In this document: piece after piece, positions 56,326 through 64,000 of the stretch
Layout of the letters: every line of letters begins with the position of its first letter
Numbering within the stretch: the first letter of the stretch is position 1
Position numbers and translations under genes: made by a program
DNA from: Minisyncoccia bacterium
GTDB lineage: Bacteria > Patescibacteriota > Minisyncoccia > Phycocordibacterales > UBA9973
Direction: 5' to 3'
Assembly: GCA_049287305.1 (NCBI GenBank)
Contig: JBAQFO010000013.1
Coordinates: 189 to 64,188, forward strand
Length of the DNA stretch: 64,000 nt
Notes under the pieces: generated by a model
What the model was told of the DNA's origin: nothing
Databases searched by the model: none
Seen by the model: the letters and a program-made list of their open reading frames with translations, nothing else

Positions 56326-56779
56326 AATTTCTTTTTAATTTAATAATTCTGCTTGCCATATAACCGATACCAAATGCATTGAAGGCAAGCCCCGCCCAAA
56401 ACAATTCCGTCTGATACTGCGCCACAAATGTGGCCAGTCCGGTTACTCCCAGCACAGGCACCAAGTTCACCAGGTAGTGCGTGCAGCAGGAGATCATCGC
56501 CGCGGTGGAAGTGGTGCCGGACATTCCCACGACTTTGCCCATGCCTCGCCCGCTGTGCACCAAGTTTTTTATATACTGGTAAAGGATAACCTGAATACCG
56601 AAGCCCATTGCCAAGCTGACCACGAAAAACCAGAAATCGTAAAACTGCTCCCAGGCATAATTCCATCCGGAAATTAGAGACAGCACCGTGAAATACGCCC
56701 AAAGCAGTGCCACGCTGGCAAGCACTCCGGATATTATCGGTTTTACGATATTGTTAGCCATAATTTTTAATGGCAGCAT
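56318..56779 (-). CDS. hypothetical membrane protein (4 TM, CC pair)
   Basis: hydrophobic profile only. Confidence 0.4.
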   Translation of the reverse strand: MLPLKIMANNIVKPIISGVLASVALLWAYFTVLSLISGWNYAWEQFYDFWFFVVSLAMGFGIQVILYQYIKNLVHSGRGMGKVVGMSGTTSTAAMISCCTHYLVNLVPVLGVTGLATFVAQYQTELFWAGLAFNAFGIGYMASRIIKLKRNYG

Positions 56780-56981
56780 CCGCCGTGCTTATCCTTTTTT
56801 TCTTCTTTGTTTCCATCCTCCACGTCGCTGCCATGACTTCCGAAATGTCCGCCTTTGCGCATCATTAAAAGATGCATCAATAGACATCCACCAAGTAAAA
56901 CAACTGCAAGTATAATATTACTCATGATTTTATTGCTAGAATCCTTAAGCCTTGCTTAAAGAATTTATAATGTGAACTCTG

Positions 56982-57512
56982 CTATATAGGCGCCTTCTCT
57001 GGCGCTCTATCGTTATTCGTTTCTATGAAAGCTATAATTTTAGCCTCATCAACCGTTTCCAGCTTGAGCAAGTAGCCCCATGATGTCAGTGCCACCGGCA
57101 CATCCAACCCCTTGCGAGCAAGCATTATTTTTTTTCCGGAAGATTTGCTGAATGCCTCTTTTATTTTTTCTATATCGCCTGGGTCCAGTCCCTCCCGATA
57201 CCAAACCACTGCAGCACCATGTTCCATGCTGTGAAGTACGAGCTCGTCAGGCACTGGTTCGGTTTTAATTCCCGGCCCCGCCACTCCGGCCCAGTGCGGG
57301 CCGGAGGTGGGAGGATTGGAGTTGTAGGCTTTGTGTGGGGCATCTTTTGCAACATGTTGCCTGCCCAAATCCGGCATCTTTTCGCCCAGTAATGACTTAC
57401 TAAGCTTTTCGGTAGTTTCCAATTCTTCCTTACTAGACCACCACGAGCCTCCGACTACAATAATTAGCGTTAGCAATATAATTCCGCCTATAACTTTATG
57501 CTCTGTTTTCAT
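56982..57512 (-). CDS. DUF3105-family exported protein
   Basis: N-terminal TM; PPTSGPHW and HSMEHGAVV motifs as remembered for DUF3105. Confidence 0.5.
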   Translation of the reverse strand: MKTEHKVIGGIILLTLIIVVGGSWWSSKEELETTEKLSKSLLGEKMPDLGRQHVAKDAPHKAYNSNPPTSGPHWAGVAGPGIKTEPVPDELVLHSMEHGAAVVWYREGLDPGDIEKIKEAFSKSSGKKIMLARKGLDVPVALTSWGYLLKLETVDEAKIIAFIETNNDRAPEKAPI

Positions 57513-57530
57513 AATATTATAATTAATCTT

Positions 57531-58337
57531 TTAAGCTCCACAGCTTCCTCCGCCCTTCTGCTCCTGCGGCTGCATCTGCAACATCATTTTTTGATATCCG
57601 GACGAGCTGGAATATTCCGCTCCGAGCGCGACCTTGGGATCTACGCTCCCCCATGCCATATTTTTGGAAGCAAAGTATGCCTCCATGTTTTGGTATTGTT
57701 CCGGGAACCACAGGCTGTTTACTTCCAGGGCTTTTTTATATATCTCTCCTTCCGTGACGCCTTGCGAAGCCATGAGCTCGAGAAGTCCGAGCATGGCCAT
57801 GCCGTGATTGCAGTCGGGGAAATGCGTCGAATTTCCGCAGCAAGGCCGGAATATATTTAGAGAGGTTCTCTCCACGAGCTCCTGCTGTTCCGGTGAAAGC
57901 GTCAGGAATTGGTGCATACTGTAATGGTCCATGGCGTCGCCCTTGGCGAGCGTCCAGCCGCCGGTCGAAGCGAAGTTGCCCGCTCCGCCATATCTCGAAT
58001 CCATCATTTGACCTTTTTCCAACACAGGATTTTTATTAGCTAACCCAAAAGCCCAAAGCATGTTAAGCGTCATCCCGGAATTTTCCGCACTTATCACCAG
58101 ACTTTCGTTATTGCTTTCGGTAAGTAATTTCCTGTCGGCCTCGCGGAGTCCCCCTCTTTGGGCATACAATTCCTCGAATTTTTCCATATCGATTACCCCC
58201 GCCTCCGCCATTTTTACTCCCATGTCTCCCCAGCGAAGAGCTAGAAGTGTTTTTTCGCCGGCAGGAGCAAGCCCCAGCACCAGAACGACGGCGGCGACAA
58301 GAACAGAATATGTTATCTCTTTGATTTTATTTTTCAT
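57531..58337 (-). CDS. hypothetical secreted Cys/His-rich (possibly metal-binding) protein
   Basis: signal peptide; CCGNSTHFPDCNHG motif. Confidence 0.4.
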   Translation of the reverse strand: MKNKIKEITYSVLVAAVVLVLGLAPAGEKTLLALRWGDMGVKMAEAGVIDMEKFEELYAQRGGLREADRKLLTESNNESLVISAENSGMTLNMLWAFGLANKNPVLEKGQMMDSRYGGAGNFASTGGWTLAKGDAMDHYSMHQFLTLSPEQQELVERTSLNIFRPCCGNSTHFPDCNHGMAMLGLLELMASQGVTEGEIYKKALEVNSLWFPEQYQNMEAYFASKNMAWGSVDPKVALGAEYSSSSGYQKMMLQMQPQEQKGGGSCGA

Positions 58338-58361
58338 TGTGGTTTTTTAACCTAGTAATTT

Positions 58362-58712
58362 CTAACAACAGTTGTCGAGTTGTTTTTTTATTGTTCCGAC
58401 TTTTATGTTTCCTGTTATCTTTTTACGCTTCAGGAATAATTTCTTTAGTTCGGTTACTATGCCGCCTATCGAAGCGCCCATAAGTATCGCGATAATGAAT
58501 TCGTAACGAGAAGCAGACAAAAATCCGAACCACACACCAGAGAGCATCCAGACCCAAGTAAGCGTTACCCCGGCGCAAATGGAACACACCCTCACTGGCA
58601 ATATTTTGTTTGAGAGCCAAACTAGGAGAGTCAGTATTAGAATTGATATTATAGCTATTGTCATATGAAGAAGATTAGAATTCCGATAATGATCATGCCG
58701 ATGCCGGTCCAA
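58362..58712 (-). CDS. hypothetical small membrane protein
   Basis: three hydrophobic helices. Confidence 0.35.
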   Translation of the reverse strand: MDRHRHDHYRNSNLLHMTIAIISILILTLLVWLSNKILPVRVCSICAGVTLTWVWMLSGVWFGFLSASRYEFIIAILMGASIGGIVTELKKLFLKRKKITGNIKVGTIKKQLDNCC

Positions 58713-59440
58713 AGCTTAACGCTACCGATATTATCCCGTTTCCATAACTGCACTTTGTCGACCAATAACTTGTCCGCTGATACGAATAGCACCGCAGCCA
58801 GAGGCACAACAAGAATAAGGTTATAGAGCAAGAGGTAACCAAATCCACTCATGTAAGTAACCTGGTCACGCAATAGGCCTATGACCATAAGGTATGGACC
58901 GCCCATGCATGGAAACTGGCAGATGCCGACAAGCAAACCAAGACCAAATACTGCCGGAAAGGATGCCGTGTCCATTAATTTGCTCATGGCGCCATGGGCT
59001 ACACTGGGAATCTTAAGCTTTAATGGAAACTGCGGAAAGAAACGATTGATCAGATTAACCACTCCGAAGGTAATCAGGAGAGTCGCTCCCAATTTGCCCA
59101 TAAAATGCGGAGTATTGAACAGGTGCAAAACTTTGAGTATCCCCAGTCCAATCAGGAAGTAGGCCGTGAATATTCCGGCTATATATGTCCCCCCTAGCTG
59201 CAGTATTTTTTTTCTGCTTAGCTGTATGCCGAACAGAAATGCAATTGTTATGAGTAGAATAGAGAAGGAACAAGGGTGCACGCTGTCTAAAAGCGCAGAT
59301 ACAAGGAGAAGCGGCAAAAGCCAGGTGCCTTCACGGCTCAAACTCCATATTATTGACGCAGTTGCCGGACTGTTTTTAAGAATGACAATACTGACAAAAA
59401 CCACCAGCACTACACTGACAATAATTATTATTTTTTTCAT
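58661..59440 (-). CDS. ccdA: cytochrome c-type biogenesis/thiol-disulfide transporter CcdA (DsbD transmembrane family)
   Basis: conserved Cys in TM1 (SVHPCSF) and TM4 (GICQFPCMGGP) with the CcdA 6-TM layout. Confidence 0.7.
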   Translation of the reverse strand: MKKIIIIVSVVLVVFVSIVILKNSPATASIIWSLSREGTWLLPLLLVSALLDSVHPCSFSILLITIAFLFGIQLSRKKILQLGGTYIAGIFTAYFLIGLGILKVLHLFNTPHFMGKLGATLLITFGVVNLINRFFPQFPLKLKIPSVAHGAMSKLMDTASFPAVFGLGLLVGICQFPCMGGPYLMVIGLLRDQVTYMSGFGYLLLYNLILVVPLAAVLFVSADKLLVDKVQLWKRDNIGSVKLWTGIGMIIIGILIFFI

Positions 59441-59441
59441 A

Positions 59442-59984
59442 TTACGGCGTCACGTTCACCTTAAACTTAAACTCGACCACATTTCTGTTCTCGTCCTCCA
59501 AAAACACAGCGCGCTCAATGAGCCCAACTCCTGCCGGACCATGCGCATTAGGGTCGTAAACAACTTCAATGTCCCTCGAATCACTAACAGAAATTATTTC
59601 TCCAGCTTTACTGTCACCATGTCCTGGCATATCGGTCGTGCCACCATGTCCTGGCATACCAAAGGGCCCTAACTTGCTTCCATCGAGCGTGATGAGATAA
59701 GCGGCAGTACACATGCAAGAGGTGCTAATTTTGGTCAGATTTACATCTTCAGTTCCGGAGTTTGTTATTTTGAATATTTTGCTTACTTTGCCGTTTTTCA
59801 TAGATATTGTTCCAAAATCATAAAATGTTTCGGAAGCAACAAGTCCACCATTTGTCCTTGCGGGGTGAGATTTAGACGTTTCGTTTGCGCTTAACTCTTC
59901 TGTTTCTACAGATTTACTCCACCACACTAAGCCAGTAATACCGATAAGAATTATAATCAGAGAAATAATTGTTTTTTTGTCCAT
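59442..59984 (-). CDS. DUF1573-family secreted protein
   Basis: signal anchor; beta-rich domain with SCMCT motif typical of DUF1573. Confidence 0.45.
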   Translation of the reverse strand: MDKKTIISLIIILIGITGLVWWSKSVETEELSANETSKSHPARTNGGLVASETFYDFGTISMKNGKVSKIFKITNSGTEDVNLTKISTSCMCTAAYLITLDGSKLGPFGMPGHGGTTDMPGHGDSKAGEIISVSDSRDIEVVYDPNAHGPAGVGLIERAVFLEDENRNVVEFKFKVNVTP

Positions 59985-60067
59985 AGATTAATTAGTTAGC
60001 TAGAATAGTAAAAAATCCCCTTAGGGAATCTTGTAGGCATAACTAAAAAATTTTACGACAAAATAGT

Positions 60068-60484
60068 TTAGCTGTGCCTTGTGTATGAGAAAGAGGGGCT
60101 ATTTTCAAAAAGCGACAACCATTTGATTATCTTGTAGGTGCTTGAATATGATTTTTTATTGTATAAAAAGTGCCTCCATTTATTAAAGTGCTTATTCTGA
60201 TTTAAAAAGTCCTGTTGGTTTATAAAGTATAAAATTCCAAGTATAAGAAGCGAGAAAATAAATATGGAGGAAACTACCACATTTGAGAATTGCTCCCAAT
60301 TAGCGATATGGTCTAAGGTATTTTCACATACGGAAGACCCGTTTTCCGCATAAGGACAATCCACCATCGGCGCTTCAGAAGCATGATTCACATGTCCAAA
60401 CTGGAGCAACCCGAATACGCCTATGCTTATAAAAGCAAATAAAACTAAGGCGCCGATGAATAAATTGTTTTTTCTAAAACTCAT
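60068..60484 (-). CDS. hypothetical membrane protein
   Basis: two TM helices; Cys/His-rich loop. Confidence 0.35.
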   Translation of the reverse strand: MSFRKNNLFIGALVLFAFISIGVFGLLQFGHVNHASEAPMVDCPYAENGSSVCENTLDHIANWEQFSNVVVSSIFIFSLLILGILYFINQQDFLNQNKHFNKWRHFLYNKKSYSSTYKIIKWLSLFENSPSFSYTRHS

Positions 60485-60530
60485 GTTATTTATATTCTAT
60501 TCCAGAATACCACAAAAAGCCAGCCTCAAA

Positions 60531-60734
60531 TTATTGGTTTTTATTATCAATACCGAATGCGTTATGCAACCAGCACCAGCCCCAGAAGCTTTCCGCCAAC
60601 GAAATCCAACCTACAATTGCAATCAAGGTATTTCCCCAGTTAGCGTCAAAGTGAGGAGCCAGTGGCCCAAGCCACCAGAAAGCCAAAGCGAATCGAAATA
60701 TCCTGTCCAGTTTCCCTAAATTTTGATGCGTCAT
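60531..60734 (-). CDS. DUF2892 (YgaP-like) small membrane protein
   Basis: 67 aa, two hydrophobic helices, conserved R/G pattern and a Cys (GWCWL). Confidence 0.4.
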   Translation of the reverse strand: MTHQNLGKLDRIFRFALAFWWLGPLAPHFDANWGNTLIAIVGWISLAESFWGWCWLHNAFGIDNKNQ

Positions 60735-60926
60735 ATAATTTTATTAATTCATGATTCCAACCTTATTTGTTAATTTGTTTAAATAACCAAATTCCAAGTA
60801 AAACTAGGTCTACCAATACCACAAATCCCAAAACGACACCCCATCCTCCCCCCATCATTCCACTGTATCCATAATATCCCATTATAAATTTTTTATTTAA
60901 TTAACTTTAATAATTTTCGACCTTAG

Positions 60927-61310
60927 CTATTTTGCGTTATTAATAATCCTCTGAATAATTTGGTCAACTTCTTTTGGTTTCTCGCCCAGATCTGCCTCCG
61001 GGAAAAATTTAGGCAGAATGATTGGGCGCATGCCGGAAATAAAAGTTTGCCCGTCTTTGGTATAAACATTTATTTTACAAGGAAGACAAAGTCCGATTTT
61101 AATATCAATGTTTAAAAACTCACTGGCAAATTTGGCGCTGCAAAATTCAATAATTTTGAACGGCTCTCTGTCAAATCCTTTTTCCCCCAAGGCCTCTTGC
61201 ACATTGTGGACGTATAAAACTCTCATGCCAGCCTTAGCAACTTCCTCCTGCACGCTTTCAACCGCATTATTAAAAGTTTTTATTGTAGTTGTGGTATAGT
61301 CAAATTCCAT
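60927..61310 (-). CDS. DUF302-domain protein
   Basis: 127 aa; position next to copA and overall pattern as often seen for DUF302. Confidence 0.5.
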   Translation of the reverse strand: MEFDYTTTTIKTFNNAVESVQEEVAKAGMRVLYVHNVQEALGEKGFDREPFKIIEFCSAKFASEFLNIDIKIGLCLPCKINVYTKDGQTFISGMRPIILPKFFPEADLGEKPKEVDQIIQRIINNAK

Positions 61311-61319
61311 ATTCTTATT

Positions 61320-63647
61320 TTATAATTTCTTACTTTTAATCCTAAGTGAATTCCCGACCACCGAGACCGAAGACATGGCCATAGCGAATCCGGCGAATAC
61401 CGGCGACAATAACCAACCGAATATTGGATAAAAAATTCCGGCGGCCAAAGGAATGCCCACGATGTTATACACAAATGCCCAGAAAAGATTCTGCTTGATG
61501 CCGCGCATAGTAATTTTTGACAGCTTAATGGCTTTCACAAGTTTTGAAATGTCCCCATGAAGAAGCGTAATCCCAGCGCTTTCTATGGCCACATCCGTGC
61601 CTGTCGCCATAGCGATACCGACATCCGCCTGCGCTAAGGCTGGGGCATCATTTACGCCATCTCCGGCCATAGCCACGACCATGCCTTTATTCTGAAGTTC
61701 TTTAATTTTATTTATTTTATCCTCAGGTAATGCTTCTGCAACTACTTCATCAATACCGACAAGTTTAGCTATATAATTGGCAGTGTTCTTGTTGTCGCCC
61801 GTGAGCATCACAACTTTTATGCCAAGTTTATGCAAATTTTTAACCGCAAGAATCGCTTCTTCTTTTATAGCGTCAGCTACCATGACCACGGCTAAAAGTT
61901 TTTCCTTTGTAGCAAGGATTATCGGGGTTTTCCCTTCCAATGTTTCCTGTTCTATTTTACTTTTATCGAAATTTAAATTCAGGTCTTCTGTTAGCTTAGT
62001 ATTTCCGGCAAAATATTCCTTTCCGCCGACAGTGCCTTTAAGACCTTTGCCTTTTATAATTTCAAAATTATCAGCACTATTTATGCTAATATTTTTTTTC
62101 TTGGCATAGTCTAACATAGCGTGAGCTATAGGATGCTCGGATTTATTTTCCAAAGCAGCAAGAATAGAGATAAGTTCTTCGTCCGTATTGTCTGAAAAAT
62201 TATTTATTGAAACAAGCTCCGGTTTTCCAAAAGTAAGCGTGCCTGTCTTATCCACTACCACCGCCCGCACTTTATGAAGTTTTTCCAAGCTTTCGGCATC
62301 CTTGATAAGTATTCCTTCTTTGGCGCCTTTCCCTACTCCTACAATTATCGCCGTCGGTGTAGCCAGTCCGAGCGCGCACGGGCACGCGATCACAAGTATT
62401 CCCACGAATGAAACTAAACCAAAAGAAAGTGCCTGCGAAAATCCCATATACTGCGTGCCAATAGCCAGCCACAATATTAAAGTCAAAGCTGCTATTACCA
62501 AAACTACAGGAACAAATATTGCTGAAATTTTGTCTGCCAGTGCCTGTATGGGAGCCTTAGACCCTTGCGCTTCTTCCACCATTTTTATTATGTTGGCAAG
62601 CAGAGTTTCCGAGCCAACTTTTGTCGCCTTAAATGAAAAAGAGCCCGTAGTATTGATAGTTCCGGAAACTACGTTGTCACCTTCTTTCTTTTTTACGGGC
62701 ATCGGCTCACCGGTTACCATTGATTCATCCACATACGAAGAGCCGGAAACGATAACACCATCCACGGGAATTTTTCCTGCAGGCTTTACCACGATAATAT
62801 CTCCGTGGATCACTTGCTCTATCGGTATTTCAGTTTCTTTGCCATCACGAATTACCAAGGCGGTTTTTGCCTGCAGGTTTAAAAGCTTTTCTATGGCGTC
62901 GCCGGTTTTGATCTTCGACCGCGTTTCCAGATATTTTCCAAGCGCGATAAAAGCTATGACGATAATAGTAACGTCATAATACGTAGCGCTGACATCTATG
63001 AAAGGCTTAAGGGCATCTTCAAATGCGGTAACAGCAAAGCTGTATAAAAATGCGACTGATGTTCCTATGCCTATGAGCGTATCCATGTTTGCTTTTCCAT
63101 ATCGCAGAAATCGGTAAAAACCGAGCAGATACGGCTTGCCCACGACAAAAAGAATGTATGTCGCAAGTATAGGCATCAGATGATGAAAAAATTCTTCCCA
63201 CGTATATGGCATTTCAGGAACCACATTATATTTTGCTAAAATCTCCCAGCTCATTACAAAAGCGCTCACAATCGCAAGCGGTATCGCGGAAATCACTTTA
63301 TTGCGCATGTCTTTCAGTTCGGCGAGCTTTTCTTTTTTAGACTGATTAAGCCCCAAATGCGCCGCATGCTCATCCTCGCTCATCCCCATCTCTTTGGCGG
63401 TCACTCCTCCGGAATGCATGCTGTGGTCTTCATTGTTAACTATTAGAGAGTAGCCCAGTGGCTCCAGTTTTTTATTAAAATCCTCGGGAGTTGTCTTGTT
63501 TTCATCAAAAGAAATTTTTGCCTTCTCTGTACCGCTGTTCACTGAAATTTCTTCAACCCCATCAATCTTTTTTACCGTTCTCTCTATGATGCTGGAGCAT
63601 GAGGCGCAGTGCATTCCTTTTACTTTGTATGTTTTAGGAGTGTTCAT
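61320..63647 (-). CDS. copA: copper-translocating P1B-type ATPase
   Basis: N-terminal HMA GMHCASC; TM CPC motif ([11 protein letters not shown]); DKTGTLT phosphorylation site; [10 protein letters not shown] hinge. Confidence 0.95.
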   Translation of the reverse strand: MNTPKTYKVKGMHCASCSSIIERTVKKIDGVEEISVNSGTEKAKISFDENKTTPEDFNKKLEPLGYSLIVNNEDHSMHSGGVTAKEMGMSEDEHAAHLGLNQSKKEKLAELKDMRNKVISAIPLAIVSAFVMSWEILAKYNVVPEMPYTWEEFFHHLMPILATYILFVVGKPYLLGFYRFLRYGKANMDTLIGIGTSVAFLYSFAVTAFEDALKPFIDVSATYYDVTIIVIAFIALGKYLETRSKIKTGDAIEKLLNLQAKTALVIRDGKETEIPIEQVIHGDIIVVKPAGKIPVDGVIVSGSSYVDESMVTGEPMPVKKKEGDNVVSGTINTTGSFSFKATKVGSETLLANIIKMVEEAQGSKAPIQALADKISAIFVPVVLVIAALTLILWLAIGTQYMGFSQALSFGLVSFVGILVIACPCALGLATPTAIIVGVGKGAKEGILIKDAESLEKLHKVRAVVVDKTGTLTFGKPELVSINNFSDNTDEELISILAALENKSEHPIAHAMLDYAKKKNISINSADNFEIIKGKGLKGTVGGKEYFAGNTKLTEDLNLNFDKSKIEQETLEGKTPIILATKEKLLAVVMVADAIKEEAILAVKNLHKLGIKVVMLTGDNKNTANYIAKLVGIDEVVAEALPEDKINKIKELQNKGMVVAMAGDGVNDAPALAQADVGIAMATGTDVAIESAGITLLHGDISKLVKAIKLSKITMRGIKQNLFWAFVYNIVGIPLAAGIFYPIFGWLLSPVFAGFAMAMSSVSVVGNSLRIKSKKL

Positions 63648-63648
63648 T

Positions 63649-63924
63649 TTATTTCCTTTTTAATTTATAAACTTTTAATATTTCTTCAGTCGCTTTGTCC
63701 GTTTCTCCTTTTTTTATCTGATTCACTACGCAATGTCCCAAATGGCCTTCCATTAGCATGTCCTCTACGTTTGACAGGCCCTGCTTTATAGCCGAAGTTT
63801 GAGTAATCACGTCAATACAATAAATATCTTTTTCGATCATATTCTGAAGCCCCCGCATCTGTCCTTCAAGGATCTTGAGCCTGCGTATTAATTTTTGTTT
63901 TTTGGTATGCATGCTAAACATCAT
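63649..63924 (-). CDS. csoR: CsoR/RcnR-family metal-sensing transcriptional repressor
   Basis: 91 aa; [17 protein letters not shown]...YCIDVITQ...HLGHC pattern with the Cys-His-Cys Cu(I) ligand positions. Confidence 0.8.
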   Translation of the reverse strand: MMFSMHTKKQKLIRRLKILEGQMRGLQNMIEKDIYCIDVITQTSAIKQGLSNVEDMLMEGHLGHCVVNQIKKGETDKATEEILKVYKLKRK

Positions 63925-64000
63925 ATACCCCCCTGGGGGTATATGTCAAGAAAGTTTTCCACAGTTAAATTATACGAGTTTTTTTAGGTCTGATTCGTAT

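Noticed and set aside
1-64000. CRISPR arrays, rRNA genes, and a diversity-generating retroelement (reverse transcriptase plus template/variable repeats)
   Set aside because: No regularly spaced direct repeats, no rRNA-like conserved stretches and no RT motif (YxDD) containing ORF were seen. The repeated segments found are protein-coding tandem repeats or the short gene-start repeat.

Overview
This is a 64-kb window of a low-GC bacterial chromosome. The gene content looks like a Candidate Phyla Radiation / Patescibacteria-type genome: sparse metabolism, cohesin/dockerin-like and giant Thr/Gly-rich surface proteins, many DUF proteins. I cannot prove that lineage from sequence alone. I see four sectors. 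(1) About 0.8-19.3 kb looks like an integrated mobile island. It sits next to a tRNA-Gly(CCC) gene (19208-19278, minus strand), and a partial direct copy of the tRNA 3' end lies at about 804-841. The island carries a translationally coupled operon with a ParB-domain/DNA-methyltransferase fusion, a second N4/N6 DNA methyltransferase and three unknown proteins. It also carries an IS256-family insertion sequence with recognisable terminal inverted repeats, a striking 2.1-kb insert of about 60% GC encoding secreted or membrane proteins of unknown function, and a block of hypothetical genes of which two share an identical 25-bp 5' end (protein start MGME...), the MGMET motif recurring a third time inside the recombinase N-terminus. 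It ends with a large serine recombinase and a 1052-aa KAP-family P-loop NTPase. This island is my best candidate for an undescribed system, though I cannot name its function. (2) About 19.3-40.7 kb is housekeeping: PEP synthase, enolase, PyrD, glycerate kinase-like, 2-hydroxyacid dehydrogenase, LepA, an ABC exporter, MurJ, an O-antigen-ligase-like/TPR protein, LeuRS (with an apparent Nudix-box insertion), an rRNA methyltransferase and YchF. (3) About 40.7-53.2 kb is a surface-structure cluster: two cohesin-like anchored proteins, an FN3/dockerin protein, a 1861-aa giant repeat protein, and a DevBCA/MacAB-like three-component exporter. (4) About 53.3-63.9 kb is a copper / thiol-redox cluster: CsoR, CopA, DUF302, DUF2892, DUF1573, two CcdA-like proteins, an HMA-domain membrane protein, DUF3105 and a YibE/F-like protein. 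No CRISPR array and no rRNA were seen. All functional calls come from motif recognition by eye; no database searches were run.
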